Assembly (NCBI GenBank): GCA_002104945.1
Contig: MCFH01000047.1
Span: 310,001-374,000 of the forward strand
DNA from: Piromyces finnis finn
Taxonomy: Eukaryota; Fungi; Neocallimastigomycota
Direction: 5' to 3'
Length of the DNA stretch: 64,000 nt
In this document: one piece after another, positions 29,289-47,965 of the stretch
Layout: each line of letters begins with the position of its first letter
Numbering within the stretch: position 1 is the first letter of the stretch
Made by a program: the position numbers and the translations under genes
Notes under the pieces: generated by a model
Told to the model about the DNA's origin: nothing
The model's input: the letters and a program-made list of their open reading frames with translations, nothing else
The model's database searches: none

Positions 29289-31195
29289 GAAAAATCAAAA
29301 AAAAAAAAAAAAAAAAAAAAACAACTTAAATAGAACTAATTTAGAATTCATTGAATCCAATAATTAATGCAATTTAAGTATATATATTTTTTTGTATTGT
29401 ATTTAAACTATTTGAATAAATTATAAATAATAGTTTATAATTTATAAAAAGACGTTTAATACAATTAAAGATAAAGATTATTTTATTTTTTTTTATATTG
29501 AAAATAATTGAAAGAAATTATTTTTTTATTTTTGGAATTCAGTAAAATTCAACTCATCTGAACATGAATTATATAGATAAAGTTATATTATTATATCAAA
29601 TTACAATTCAAATGCCAATATTACTTTATTATGCTTAGAAATCGATAATAACAAGAAAAGAATAAAAACAATCATAATATCACATTATCACACTACATTA
29701 TACATATTAAAATGAAAAAGAAAAGCGAAAGAAAACGAATTAATGATACAAAGAAAAAAAAATTATTATAAAAACTTTTTTCCTATTTTGTAGAAGAAAT
29801 TTTAGTTTATCCTTTTTTCATATAAATAATAATTATCTCTTTTTCTAGATGAAAAAGAAAGATTATTTTCAGAATTAAAAAAAAAAAGAATGAAGTTTTT
29901 TAATTTTTTTTTCATATATTATTACACACACACAACCACCTATTCAAACATAATCACATACGCACTATCATATTTTAGTCACATATTATCGTAATGTATA
30001 TAGTTTTTTATATATATATTTTTTAAAAAATTATAAATATTCTATCATTTTTTAAAAAGGGATAATTATATGTATATAATAACTTAATTATAACTTTTTA
30101 TATAAGCATAATTAGAAATCAAGTAATATATATTTATATATATATTTAAACATTATTCATTTCATAGTTATTCTCATAGTAGAATAATTATATATTACAT
30201 CAATCATAGATAAAAGCAAAACCATTTATTTTTAATTATTATTAAAATATTTAGCATATATAAACAGTTAACATCATTAACAAACCTATAGGAAATACAT
30301 AATTATTATATTACATATATCTATATTTTCTTATTAAATAAAGTTTAAACATAGTATTAATATTAAAAAAAAAAAAGCTTCATTTAAAATGTATTTTATT
30401 TATATTTTACATATATTATAAAAACAATTTCTTTAATATAATAATATAAAAGTTTTTTTTTTTTCTATTTTATAAATTTTATAAATTTTATAATGATAGT
30501 TTATATGTAATTTTTTTAACTAGTATCATTAATTTGAATTGAATTGGACGATAATGATGATAGGTATTATTTTATTTAGGGCTTGTTATAGTTATCACAA
30601 TAGCATTACACCCATTTATAGAAAAATTCTTAAATACAAGTACAAACAAAAATATGATGTATATAGATATGTAATATAATTGGAAACCACAAGATTCAAC
30701 CAAGTACAAGGGTGAAGAATAATGGTAGAAAAGAAAAAAAAAAGGTTTCTAAGCATAAAGAAAAAATTATTACGCTACGATGAAACCAAATTATAGAATA
30801 ATATAATAATGTCTATTAATTTAATATTGTATATAGTTATATATATAGAAGATAATATTCTTTTTAACACACCTTCACATAATCACCAACCAAATTATAT
30901 AAATTGTAAATATAAAATAAAAGATAAAAAAGGTATAATTTTGTTTTTTGAAATATATATATATATATTTTTTTTTACCTTTTTAAGTTTTATCTTTTTA
31001 TTTTATAGGTTCATTTATATAAATATTTCAATTTTTTTTTTTTAAATAACAAATTGACAATACCATACCATTCTCTTAATAATAATAAACCCTATATATA
31101 GTTAACCCTAATTTCTAGAAATAAAAAAATTCGAGATAATATGAAAAATATAAAAAAAAAAGACTTGTAATTTTTTTTTTTAAAGATTAATAATA

Positions 31196-31230
<35 letters not shown>

Positions 31231-31452
31231 TTTTTATGTTGTCTTTTAATTAATAAGTATTATTGAAATATTATTTTTATTTTTTTTTAATTATTTATCG
31301 TAAAAGTTTATATTTAATTTTTATATAATGATAGTAATTACAGTATATATAAATACTGTTTTTTTTTTTTTTTGGCTTTATTCATTATTATTGATATATA
31401 TATATATATATTATTATTATTATTATTATGATTGTTGTTGTCGTTGTTTAAT

Positions 31453-34420
<2,968 letters not shown>

Positions 34421-35169
34421 GGTTAAATTTTCATATTTTATTTTTTTTTTTTTTAATCCAAGCCTTTATTATAAAAAAAAAAAAAAAAAAATAGTATTTT
34501 TAAAAAAAAGTCAATTTATTTTATAGTATAAACTTTTTTTTATTCTATTATTATATTTTATATACTTTAGTAATTAACTTTATTATAAAAAAAGTTGACA
34601 ATACAAAAAAAAGTATTTTTAATGAGATATATACGTTTTTTTTTTTTTTTAATTAATTTATACGAAATTGTAAAAATATTTTATACCAAAAAAAAAAAAA
34701 TAAAGAAAAAAAAGAAAGAAAAAAACGATAAAATAAAATAAATTTGGAAACATTAATATATATTTTTTGACGCTTTATTAAAGATTTACAAAGTGAAACT
34801 TAAAAGTTTTATATTAATTATAAAAAATACCCAAGCTTTATTATAAATACAATGAAAAAGAATATATTAATTGGACATTGTGTGTAAATTAAAAATTTAT
34901 AGAATATAATCTTTTAAAATAATTTAATGAGAATGTTTTTTTTTTTTTTTTTTTTTTTTATTTTTGCTAATATTAATTTTTTACAAAACTATTGTCGATT
35001 TACAATTACTATTGAAATTCTATAAAATAGTAATCTTAATCTCAGCTTATTGCTCAGTTTTTTATAGGTGTATTAATTATATATATTTGTAATTAGTGTA
35101 TTTTATATTATATATATAAAATGGAGATAAAAAAAAATAATAAAGATATATTAACCGCATTTGAAAGCG

Positions 35170-37914
35170 TTATAAATTTATTTGTTGATTCATAGTTTTA
35201 TATTCCGAGGCAGATTCAATCAAAGCATCATCATTAGAATTCGTATCTATAGTGTAGTGATAATTTATTATTCTTGTAATTACAGATGATTTATGTGATA
35301 TTGTTCTTTGTTCATCAGAGTCTATATCTCTTGTACCGATAATACTAGGATTAGTAGTTTCTATGGTAAATTCTTTTTTAATTTCTTCGTCATCAACAAA
35401 TTCTTTATTAATATTATTAATGAACATTAATTTTACATTCTTTTTCTTAAACGCTGCTCTAATTAATTTAAATCCATATAAAAAGGAATAATTCGATAGG
35501 GCAATAAGGAAGGTAATAATTTGATGCATTAGATTATATAAGAAATAATCATTAATATTAGCAAAATTTAATACTATTGATATAATGAGTAAAAGGATAT
35601 CAATATAAATTGTTGCTAAAGTTAATCTTGTATCAAGAATGGTTGCTTTGATATTCCATTGAATAAATATTAATAATAACATTATTAATATGACAATACA
35701 TTTATATACCATAACGATAATCATAATTATCATATGATAAAATATAATTCTACATATTTGGAAATTTTCTCCTGCATCAATAAGTAATGTTTCTATAGTA
35801 TACGGTTTTGCGATTAATAACCCACAAAGTATTGTATCTATTAATAAAAATAATAAAAAAAATTGATATTTTCGTTTTTTGACTATATATGAAAATTTAA
35901 TGTCATCAGGAATTTTTACAATTAATTTATAGAGTATTGGAATATATGTAAAGGTAAATCCGTAAATTATTAATATTAGATTTAAATAACATTTAGTTTG
36001 TGTTAACATTCCAACTTTCGTGAAACATGCTGATAAAAATAAAATAGATCCAAGGACAACATATCCCCAAAAATCTATTGATAAATACTCAAAGAAGGGT
36101 CTATAATTTTCCATTAATGTAAAAACTAAGGAACATACCATTACAATTATAACTATTACTACAATAATTACTTCAATTATTCCTATATAGGATTCATTAG
36201 TATCTAATGATATATAATGAATTTTTGTTATATCATCAACATTTTCTAATACTTCTTCTACTGTTTTATTTCCAAATAAATATTCATATATATTATTTCT
36301 AAATTTTTCGGAATATTCATCATAATCATACAATTTATTTTTCGGTCTTCCAATAGGTTGAAAATTATTATATAATTCACAGTCTATATCATCCGTACAT
36401 ATTTCATCATCATAATATAAGGAAGGTATTGCAGTACATATATAATTTTTTTTAACTAATTGCTTTTGGTAGTTTTTTGATGCTATAAATTCTATTACTT
36501 TAATGGCAGCATCTTGTTTTTCTTTTTCTATATCTTTAATAATTCCTAAATTATATCCTGTGAGAATTGCACTTGTAACTCCTTCATTCCCACCAGGAAT
36601 CGAACTTACTTTATAGTTAATTAAGTTAATTGTTGGCTTTAAAAATATCCAAAATCTTATGAATATTGCAGTTCCATCAAATAATCTCGTAACAGTTTCT
36701 GGATCACCTAAACGAAATTCTTCATCTTTTTTTTTTTTTTTTGTAAAAAAAAAAAAAAAAAAGTGAAAAATTTTATTAGCATAAAAATATAAATTTAGAA
36801 AGAATTACAAATTTTTATTTTAAATTTTTATTTGATTTATATATTATTTGTATTGATGAAAACCTGATGCTAAATCATTTTTTATTCTTTTCAACATTTT
36901 TAATGCATTAACAACTTCCTTACTTCTGATATACGGAAATGAGGCTGAAGAATTACTTCTAAAAGAATAAATAAATTCATATAGTGATGTTGTTCCTTCT
37001 TCTGAATCTATTTATTTTACAAAGATATTATCATAAAAAAATATATAATATTATTATTAAAATAATTATAAATAATAAATCATCAAGCATTCTAATCATA
37101 ACCAAAGAAAAATTAAAGAAAATATTTATACTAACCTGGAAATAATCCATTATATCCTAATATATTTGTATTATTAAGTTTTTTTTCTTCTTCCAATATA
37201 TATTTTCCAGTATCAATAAGCTCTTCCCATGTTTTTGGAACATTTTTATTATACTTATTTAATAAATGATTATTTGAATATAATACAGAAAATCCTACTC
37301 TTACAGGCTATTTTTTTTTTATGACGTTATTGATTTTATTCTAATTAGTTTATAAATACATTGAATATAAATTAAAAGAAAAATGATAAAAAAAAAAAAG
37401 ATTCAATACCATTCCTACTAATTTATTATTGTATATGCAAGATTCATTAATGATTTGAGGATCATATTCATTGATAATATCTTCACTTATTAAACCCCTC
37501 AAATCTTGAAAATATTCTGCATATTTTTGAATATAAATATTATCATAAAAATATAATTCATATTTTTTTGAATTTCTTTTTAAAAGTGATTCTACAAGTG
37601 CCCCGTAATCTGCTTTTGAATATGTAATATTAGCAGCCGTTAAAAGTGTTAAATTTAATTTAATATTTAAATTATTTTCTTTAGAATATTTATTAAATGC
37701 ATTAACAGATGGTGTATACATTTGACTATCATTGCCATCTCTTGTAAATGCTAAAACATTTATATCAATTCCATTGATTCCTTATATTAACACAAAACAC
37801 AATAATATACTGTTAATTAAAGAAAGTTTTTTTTTTATTTTTAATTACCATTTTCTATATTTTACCTTTATACAAAGCGAATAAAAGTAATATCAATATA
37901 AAATTTGAGAACAT
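35170..37914 (-). CDS. SBP-GPCR paralog B; exons 37914-37866, 37780-37410, 37307-37136, 37007-36864, 36725-35170; 763 aa
   Basis: Signal MFSNFILILLLFALYKG, motifs YELYFYD, KLVGMP, PKTWEEL and PGGNEGVTSAILTGYNLGI, and 7 TM segments. Intron phases are the same as in A, C and D. Confidence 0.88.
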
Positions 37915-38886
37915 TATGAATAATTATATTTTTTAAAAAACATATTTAATTGTGGAATAATATATAATTTTTTTTTCTTTACTCAGAATTCATAAACTGA
38001 TAATTAATTTTATAAAACTGACAAAATTAATTATCAGTTTAACTAATCTTCTAAATGTTCAACAATATAATAATTATATATCTATGGTCTATGATTAAAC
38101 AATTAGCAATTCTATTTATATATATTTATTATCAGATGTGTACTAAATTTTATGTTATTAAATTTTTTAAAAAATAAAAAATATATAATATTAGAATTTT
38201 ATACTATCATGATGGAAACTTTTTTTTTTATTATTATAGTTTTTATTGTTATTATGATTCTATAAATAATATTAATAGTTTAATAATAATTAATATTTAA
38301 AAAATGAAAAGATAATTGTTATTAAAACATATTTTAAAATGAAAAAAGTAACATTCTTTTTTTTTTTATATATATATGTAAATTCGTTTTATTTTATTCA
38401 TGTTTTTTTTTTTTTTTTTTAATTAATAATTAATAATTTTTAGATTACTACTACATTATTACTATATTATTATATTATCATATTACTTTATTTTATATTG
38501 TTTATAACAGACACATACACATTGTTATTACGATTAATCTAAATAATTTATAACTATTCCAAGAAATTTATAAAAAAATAGATCCAAAACATGAGGGAAA
38601 AAAGAAATAATATTTTTTCTGAAAAATTTCTTGGGCATCTATTTTTAACACATTAAAAAATACATTAATATATAAAATTAATAATAATTATATTTCATAA
38701 TAGTTATACATAATTATAATTATATATAGTAAGAAGGATATATAATTTATAAAATAAATTAATCTTTAGTTTTTAAGTTAAGATTATTAATTCAAAAATT
38801 TTTATTTTACAATTAATATTAAGTTTATGGTAACTATTTACAAAAATTTGTTGTATATATATAATCATTAAAGTTTTTGTTCTTTT

Positions 38887-41550
38887 TTATAGATAATTAT
38901 TTGTAGATTGATTTGATAATTTGGATTCCTTTACATTAGATACATCTACTTGATAGTGATAATTTATAATTTTCGACATTATCGAATATCTTCTATTTGC
39001 TCTATTTACATTATTTATATTATCTGATTCTACAGTATTCATAGTTTTTTCATTCATGGCTGTATTTGATTCATCATGATTTGAACTTTCTAATTGACTA
39101 ATTTTATTAGTTTTGGTATAGGTACTATCAATGAAATTTCGATTAATTTTAGCAATAAATTGTACTTTAGTATTTTGTTTATTTAAAAATCCAAGAATTA
39201 TTCTAAATCCATATAAAAATAAATAGTTTGATAGAGCACCAATTGTAATAAGATATCCATTCAAATAGTTATATGATAAATAATTTTTAAATTGAATATT
39301 ATTAAAAATAACTAATAAAATTATTGAAAGTATATTTATGTAAATTGTAATAACAATAAACTTTAAATCGTAATAAGTAGTCTTAATATGCCATTCTATG
39401 AAAGCTAAAATCAATATTGCTATATAAATTATTAATTTATAAAACACTAATGATATTATTAATGCTTTTCCAATAGTGGTATTCATTTGACATATCCGGT
39501 AATTTTTAGCCTCATCATTATCCATAGTATTAACAATAACATCTTTAACAGAGAATGGAAATATAACGATTAATACATCCATTGTTATTTCTATAGCAAT
39601 TAGCAGCATTATAAATAAATATCTATGTTTATATGTCCAATTAGAAATTTTGTTTTCTTCAGGAAAATTAATAATTAATTTACATAAAAATGGTATGAAA
39701 TTTAAAGTTACTCCAAATGCTATAAGTATTATGTTAAAACAGCATTTAATAGAAGTGACACTTTCTGTGTATGCAAAGAAGGAACTTAAAATAAAAATTG
39801 ACCCAAGTACAGTGAGAATCCAAAAATCAAATGGTAATACATCAAAAAATGATGAGTATTTTTCCCTTAAAGGGAAGATTAATGATAAAAACATCAATAA
39901 TATTGTAACTACAATAATAATTGTGTTAATAAATCCAAATAATGATTCTTTAGGATTAATTGAAACATAATATATTCTTGTCATATCATCTATTTTTTTC
40001 AAGGCATCTAGAGCAGAAGTTTCGCTTCGATACAAAAAATCATATAAATACTTTCTAAATCTTTTAGAATATTCAAAATAATCATTGACTTTTGATGCTG
40101 GTCTTTGAATTGGTTGAAGACTTTTAAATAATTCACAATCTATTTCGGAACAAACTTCCGGATCGTCATACAATGAAAGAATTGCTGTAAAAACTAAAAA
40201 GTTTTTTAAGTATTTTTTTTGAGTTTCCTTACAAGTCATAAATCTAAACAAAGTTATAGTATCATTTAAATATTCTGGTTTTATTTTGTTAGTAATTCCA
40301 ACATTAAAGGATATAATTGAAGATCCTGAAACATTTTCATTTACTCCAGGAGGAGCAGACATTTTAATATTTTTAAATGTTGATGATATCACAGGATAAA
40401 TCCAAAAATTAGTAAATAGCGTATTTTCATTTAACAATGATATAAAGGCATAACTTTCATCTGATCCAAAAATTGTATCTAAATAATTGTATATATATAT
40501 ATCATTATTAATATCTATTTTTATTTTTCACTTTCATGATAAATAATATATATATATTATTTTGAATCTATTAACCTGAAGCTATTTCATTTTTCATCTT
40601 TTTTAGCATATTTAATGCATCTACAGCTTCTTGACTTGTTAATTCTGGAAATGATGAATTATATGTTTTTCTAAAAGAATGTAAAAATTGATATATAGAA
40701 CAAAATCCCTCTTCATTATCTATAATAAATAGAAAATTTTTTTATTAATATGTTATTATATATTTAAAATGAATTATATTATTATATTCTACCAGAAAAT
40801 AAGCCATTATAGGCATTAATAGTATTATTATAATTTTCTTTTTCCATTTTAATAATTTCTTTACTTGTCGATAATAGTTGATCCCATGTTTTTGGAATTG
40901 TTTTATTATATTTCTCTAAATATAATGTATTAGAATATAAAACTCTGTATCCTAATGTAAGGGGCTTTCATTATCCATTATAAATAAATTAAGAATTAAT
41001 ATAATTAAAGACAACATTATATTTATTATCTTTTATTATTATTAAAAAAAAAATTGTATATATTTACTAATCCAACAATTTCATTATTATATGTGCATGT
41101 TTGCTTTAAAATATTTGAATCAAACATATTTAAATAGTCCTCAGGAAATAAATTCTTTAAATTATGTAAAAATGGTCCATATATATTTGAATATAGACCA
41201 TCATAAAAATATATATCATATTTAGATTCATTTTTCTTAAGAAGTGATTCCACAGTAGATTCATAATCAAAAAATGTTGTAAAATTTGAAGAAGTGAAAA
41301 AATTTAAATTTACAGTGATATTTAAATTATGATTTTTTGAATATTCATTAAATTCATTAATAATTGGTGAGAATACTTGATTATTCTCATCAATAAAGAA
41401 AGCTATTGCATTTAGTTGAACACCTAAAACAGCTAAAAAAAAAAGTTATTATCACTAATAAAGAATCATTTATAAATACTTTTTTGTATATTTACTATTT
41501 GTATATAAATTCAGAATTATCCCTACAATATAAAAGAATAGTTTAATCAT
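38887..41550 (-). CDS. SBP-GPCR paralog C; exons 41550-41496, 41432-41068, 40964-40793, 40719-40576, 40478-38887; 775 aa
   Basis: Signal MIKLFFYIVGIILNLYTNTVLG, motifs YDIYFYD, IVGLP, PKTWDQL and PGVNENVSGSSIISFNVGI, and 7 TM segments. Confidence 0.88.
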
Positions 41551-42034
41551 TGATAAATATTTAGTATAAAAAATAATATTTTATTTTATTATCAATATTA
41601 TTATTTATTTTTTATATACTATATAATATTTATTATTTACTAAAAGTTAAAAGTTTAATATTAATAAACTACTTTACATCCAATTATTATTATTCATCTA
41701 AAATTATCATGAAAAACTATAAAAATAATCAAGTATAAAAATTAAAAATATATAAAAAGAATTATTAAAATATTGTTAAAAATTAATTTTTATTTTACGA
41801 AAAAGAAGCTGTAAAAACAAAGTTAATATTATACTTTTATATTAACATTTAATGATATTTTATTTACTATGATCATGATTAATTACATTACACTTTTGTA
41901 ATTATATTAAATTATTATATTGGTATAATTAAATTATTATTATTTATTTTGTTTTATATTTTATTTATTTATTTATTAATTACTATTACTATTATTATCA
42001 TTATTTACTTTTGTATAATATATGTAATTCTTAT

Positions 42035-44916
42035 TTACGGTGACAAAAGTTTATTATTATTATTACTAAAAGTATTTGATTCATTATTATTATGATTTAC
42101 ATTAGTATTAGTATTATATATTATGTATTCTGAGTATTTATATGAGATAGATGAATCTGTTGCAAAATGATAATCTATGATTTTTGATATTATTGATGTT
42201 CTAAAATTTCTTTTATATTCAAAATTTGGAAAGTTGATGTTTTCGGTAGTGTTCGTATCGGTAGCTGTATTTATTCCGACTTTATTTGTTTCATTTTCGG
42301 TTTTACTACAACTCACAGATTTAGTGAAATTTGTTTCACTTTCTATGAATCCTTGGTTAATTTTATTAACAAATTCAGCTTTTGTATTTCGTTTTTTGAA
42401 GTAGCCAATGATAACTCTAAATCCATATAAAAATACATAATTTGATACTGCCATCATTATTATTATGCATTCATTTATTATAAAACTGGATATATAACTA
42501 TTCATTTTTACATAATTAAATATAAAAATTAAAATAATTGAGAGTGTATCTATATATATTGCTGAAACAATGAATTTTAGATCATTAAAAGTAGTTGAGA
42601 TATTCCATTCAATAAAAACTAAAATTAATAATGAAATGGCAATAGCAATTTTATATGCCACGATTAGTGAAACAAATAGTTTTCCTAAAAGACTATTTAT
42701 TTTACAAATATTATAATTTTCTCCCTCATTAATACTATTAATATTATTACTTTCGACTGAATATGAATTTATAAATAATAGACCATCAATCAGCATTTCA
42801 AAAATAATAAATATTAGTGAAAACAAATATCCATGCTTATATGTCCAGGTAGATATTAAATTTTCTTCTGGGAAATTAACAATTAATCTGTATAAAACTG
42901 GTATAAAATTTAATAGTACACCCACAGATATTAAAATAGTATGAAGTTGACATTTAATCACCGTTATATCTGATAAACTCATAAAGAAAGAGCATAGAAT
43001 AAGAATGGCACCAATGATATTTATAATCCAAAAATCAAAAGTTAAAAATTCAAAGAACGGACTATAATTTTCTAAAAAAAGGAATATCATGGATAAAAAC
43101 ATGGCTACTGATATAACGATAATACTAATTGAAAAAATAAAGCCCGTTAATGATTCCTTTGGATGAATTGAAATTTTATGTATTCGTGTTATATCATCAA
43201 TTTTTTTTAAAACTTCCTCAACTGTTTTATTTCCGTACAAATAATTATAGATATAATCTCGAAATTTTTGAGAATAGGATAAATAATTATCTGTTTTTGA
43301 TCCTGGTCGATTTATTGGTTGAAGATTTTTAAACAATTCACAATCCACTTCGGAACAAACTTCAGTATCATTGTACAACGAATAAATAGCGGTATTAATT
43401 AAAAAATTTTTTAAATATTTCTTTTGAACTTCAAGGGATGTAATATATTTAATTGCTTCAATTGCTGCCATTTTATTTTCGATTTTTATGTCATTCCCAA
43501 TTCCTATATTAAATGAACACATAGTTGAACCAGAAATACCTTTTTCTCTTCCTGGAAAATTCGCCATTTTATATGGCATAGTAGATGATAATACCGACCA
43601 AATCCAAAAGTTTAAAAATAATCCACTTCCATCGGATAATGTAGCCGCTGTTTGATCATAATTCGACATAAATTTTTCATCTATTTTTTTTTTTTTTTTT
43701 TTTTTAATCAATTAATATTAAAAATTAAAAAGGAAGCTTTTATTATTATAATCAATATTATTCTTTATTCCTATTATTATTAACCTGTTGATATGGTATT
43801 TTTTATTTTTTTTAACATTTTTAAGGCCTCTACAACTTCTGGACTTGTTATTTCAGGAAATGGTGAATTAGGGCTCTTTCTAAATGAATATATATATTGG
43901 TATAATGAACACATGCCTTCTTCACTATCTAGATTTCAAAAAAAAAAAAAAAGAAACAAAACAAAAAGTATTAAATATAATTTTATTTAATTAGCAAGAT
44001 AAAATGAATAAACCTTCATTTATTAATACTAAAAAAAAAAAAATAAAATCTTGTAATGGAAACATATTAATCTTTTACATTTATATTTATTATATAATAA
44101 TAAATTCTAATTTACCATCAAAAAATCCATTATATGGTATAAAATTCAAATTATTTAATTTATATTCTTCATCCATAATATATTTACTTGTTGCTAAAAA
44201 TTCATCCCAAGTTTCCGGTACAGTTTTATTGTATTTATTCAAAAGGTTTTCATTATAATATAACACTTTATAACCTAAAGTCACTGGCTTTTTTTTTAAA
44301 AAAAAAAATATATAATACATGTTTATATGTAATATATTAAAAATTTTTATAAAAAAAAATATATATATAAAATAAAATTACTTTTCCATTAAACCTATTA
44401 CCAGTGAAACAATTTTATCTTTATATATACAATTTTCCATTATAAAATCGGAATCATACATATTGATATGATTTTTTGGTAATGTACTATTTAAATCATA
44501 TAGATATGGACCATATCTTTCTGTATATAAACCGTCATATATATATATATCATATTTATTCGTTTTCTTTTTTAGTAATGATTCTAGGGTTGATTCAAAA
44601 TCCGTTATACTTGTTGAATTTTCCATTGTAAATAAATTAAAATTAATTTTAATATCAAGATTATTTTTTATGGCATAGTTATTAAAGTCATTAATAAGGA
44701 GGGTAAAAGCTTGATTTTCTCCATCCATATAATTTGCTATAGCATTTAATGTTAAACATCTTGATACTATATAATTAATAAAATAATATAATATTAATTA
44801 ATTAATGATTATATTAAAGTGAAAGTTTTAATTAATAAAGAAAAAAAAAAAAAAAAAGGAAATTTACTTTTGATTATACAAAATATGAATATGAATTTTA
44901 ATAAAATCAATATCAT
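42035..44916 (-). CDS. SBP-GPCR paralog D; exons 44916-44868, 44766-44402, 44287-44116, 43928-43785, 43680-42035; 791 aa
   Basis: Signal MILILLKFIFIFCIIKISRC, motifs YDIYIYD, IVSLP, PETWDEF and PGREKGISGSTMCSFNIGI, and 7 TM segments. Confidence 0.88.
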
Positions 44917-46703
44917 CCTAAAAAGTATTATTAACCTTTTCTTCTTCTTTTCAATTTTTACTCCTGCTTTCTTCTTTATAAAACCTTTTCCTTTTTTTCT
45001 TTATTAATATTCGATGAATTATTGATTATTGCATTTTTAAAGAAATATTTTCCCATTAAATATTGTTTATATTAATGATAGTTAACTTTATTTTATAAAA
45101 AAAAAAAAAAAATAACCTTGCAAATCTTTAAAGTTTATTTTATTGAAAATTTTTTTTAAATATTATTATATATATATTTTTAATAATTGAAATCAACTTT
45201 TTAAAGATATAATAGTAATTAACTTTAAACTGAATAATGCAAAAAGTATCATTCAATAACTTAAATAATGATATATAAATGAAAATTTTATTATTTTTCA
45301 GTTTTTTTTTTTAGAAAAAAAAAAAAAGATAGTCAAAGTTTACATTTGCTTTAAAAATGATTTATTAATATAATTCTACTACACAAATTTTAAACTTGCT
45401 TTTTTTTTTCAAATACATGAGTTTATTTTAATAATTAGTATATAGACATTATTCTAAAAATATACACAACTTTTTCATTTTATATATATTATATATATAT
45501 ATTTTTTTTTTATTTTATCTTTCCATATATTTCAATAAATTTATGGTATCCCATTCTACATTCTACATGGAAAATGTATTGCTATGGTATGAAATTAAAA
45601 TCTTGATATTCTTTTTTTTTTTTTTTTTTTATTCATCTTTTTTTCAAACAATTTTGAAACATGACAAAATGAAAGAAAACTTTATATTACTATATATAAA
45701 CTGTATATTATATTTTGTTTTATAATATTTAAAGTTTATTAATATATTAAAATTATTAATATATGATAGCTATGAAAATTTAAAATACAAAAAAAATTTT
45801 CTTTCTTATATACAATTTGTGGCTTGATTCTAGACCACTAAATATTTAATACAAATACATTAAATTAATACAAATACATAAATTGATGGGTTTGTAGAAC
45901 AATGTAATAAATTAATAATATAAATTTAATTTAATTCTTTTGGTTGTTAATACTATAAATTCCCATAATAAGAAGGTTACTTTTTTTAAATAATCCTACA
46001 CAATTTAGAAATCCATTATTCAGAAATGAAAAAAGGCTCTTTTTTTTTTTTAACAAAAAGAGCATAGGAATAATGTAACTACTTAATATATTATTTTAGT
46101 AAAATCATTTTAATATTTTCTTTCTTTTTTTAATAGTTAAATTATCTTTTATAAAATAATTAATGAGGTATAAAACATAAAAAATAAACCATTTTAAAAT
46201 TTATCATTACTTTTTTTTTTTTTTTTGATGTAACAAATGCCTTTTTAATTGTAAAAGATTGAATAGTTAAATAAGTATATAATGCTATTTTCCTATGTAA
46301 CTTTCTTTAGTGTTGTGCATACCTTTTAAATATCTCTATATTTTTTTTAGTTGATTATTATCAAAACAGTAATGATATTTAATATGTTTATATTAGGATT
46401 TCATATAATTATAAATATTACAATTAATACATTAATCCATAATGCATATACCAAAATATTATCATTATATATTATTATTATTTTTTATTACTTAATAAGT
46501 AGGCTATAGAAATCCTTTTATCATTTAACAACAACAATAATAACTATGATTAATATAATATATTTTTTTTCTTTAATTTTCTATATGTGTGTATTTTACA
46601 ATGTATTCTCATTAATATTAAACCAATAAATTTTATTATTTTCATGGCAAGTACACAAATAAGAAATATAAATATAAATATTGGATTTATCTATAGAATA
46701 ATA

Positions 46704-46864
46704 AAATTTTATCAGGTTTTAACAAAGTACCATCTATTTATTACTTAATAGTTATTTATATTTATTTATTTTTTTATTATTCTATAGATAGAAAAGAATA
46801 AATATAATATAAATAGCTATTAAATAATAAATAGATGGTACTTTGTTAAAACCGGATAAAATTT
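46704..46864. repeat. 161-bp foldback: 59-bp inverted arms with 3 mismatches and a 43-bp spacer (MITE-like or template-switch product)
   Basis: The arm at 46704-46762 (aaattttatcaggttttaacaaagtaccatctatttattacttaatagttatttatatt) matches the reverse complement of 46806-46864. No clear target-site duplication. Confidence 0.9.
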
Positions 46865-47592
46865 CTTCTTTTTTACTATGTTGCAGCTTGAAAGTTAATA
46901 GGAAAACAGAAAATATATGAGGATATGTCATTACTAATTAATAATAATATGAAACAAAGAAAAAAAATTGAATAATACTAAATATTATACATTTGCCTGT
47001 ATATATGCAATGCAATATTACATAGTTTTATTAATTAATTAAATAATTAAAATTAAGTTATGAGTAATTGTTCTTTTTTTTAAAAAAAATATTTTATTCT
47101 TTGTTTGTACTTCATCATACAAATATTATATAAAGTATAAACAAAGAATATATAGCATTTAAATAATAAGGCAATAGAAAAATAGTTTTAATATTATCAA
47201 TATTTTGCTATTATAAAAACTCTTTTTTATTTCCCCACCACTACTCTTATAAATAAATGTTATTGATGTTGTTGTTATTGTCGGTGTTGTTTCTATTTTA
47301 AAACATTTTTTAATTTATGGAATTCTATGTTATATTTTACATTATTTCTATTTCCATAAATTAAACCTTATTTAATAATAAATTTGAGTGTAGGAATTTA
47401 TTGATTGAAAATATGCAATGTTGCTATAAAAATGGAACATGTGTATCACCTCGTACAGAAATTTAATATTACTATTAAAGGAAAATTTTAATTAAAAAAT
47501 TTTCAATTAATAAACTCTAACTTGTATGAAATATCCATTGAAACCCTAAACTTTATTTAATATGATAAGTATAAAAAAAACCTTTTTTTTAT

Positions 47593-47703
47593 AATTAGAA
47601 AAGAAAAAAGCATGCTAATTTAGCAAATAATAATAATATAACATTATAATTAGAAAAAAAAAAAAAAAGCATACTAATTTAGCAAATGATAATAATAATA
47701 TAA
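47593..47703. repeat. Imperfect ~55-60-bp tandem duplication containing the interrupted palindrome TGCTAA-T-TTAGCA
   Basis: The block attagaaaa...aagcat(g/a)ctaatttagcaaat(a/g)ataataat...ataac occurs twice. Confidence 0.7.
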
Positions 47704-47965
47704 CTAAATAGAATTAAAAAATATTTATAAAATAAAAAATGTATTTTTTATATGATTTTTATTTTATTAAATATTTATAATGAATACTATTTACATAAAT
47801 ATATTTTCATATATTTTACATAATAAGAAGAATACTTAAAAAGCTTCTAAATTAAAAAATGGTTTTTTGGCTGATTTTTAATCTTTATTTAATTACAAAT
47901 GACTTTAATTAATTAAAAAACTGTTCATTTTAAAACATCAAATTAATTTGAAAATATTAGAAAAA

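Noticed and set aside
29150-29325. Noisy poly(A) tracts interrupted by C (also 54150-54600) as retroposon tails
   Set aside because: No adjacent element body or TSD. They may be low-complexity DNA or consensus noise.
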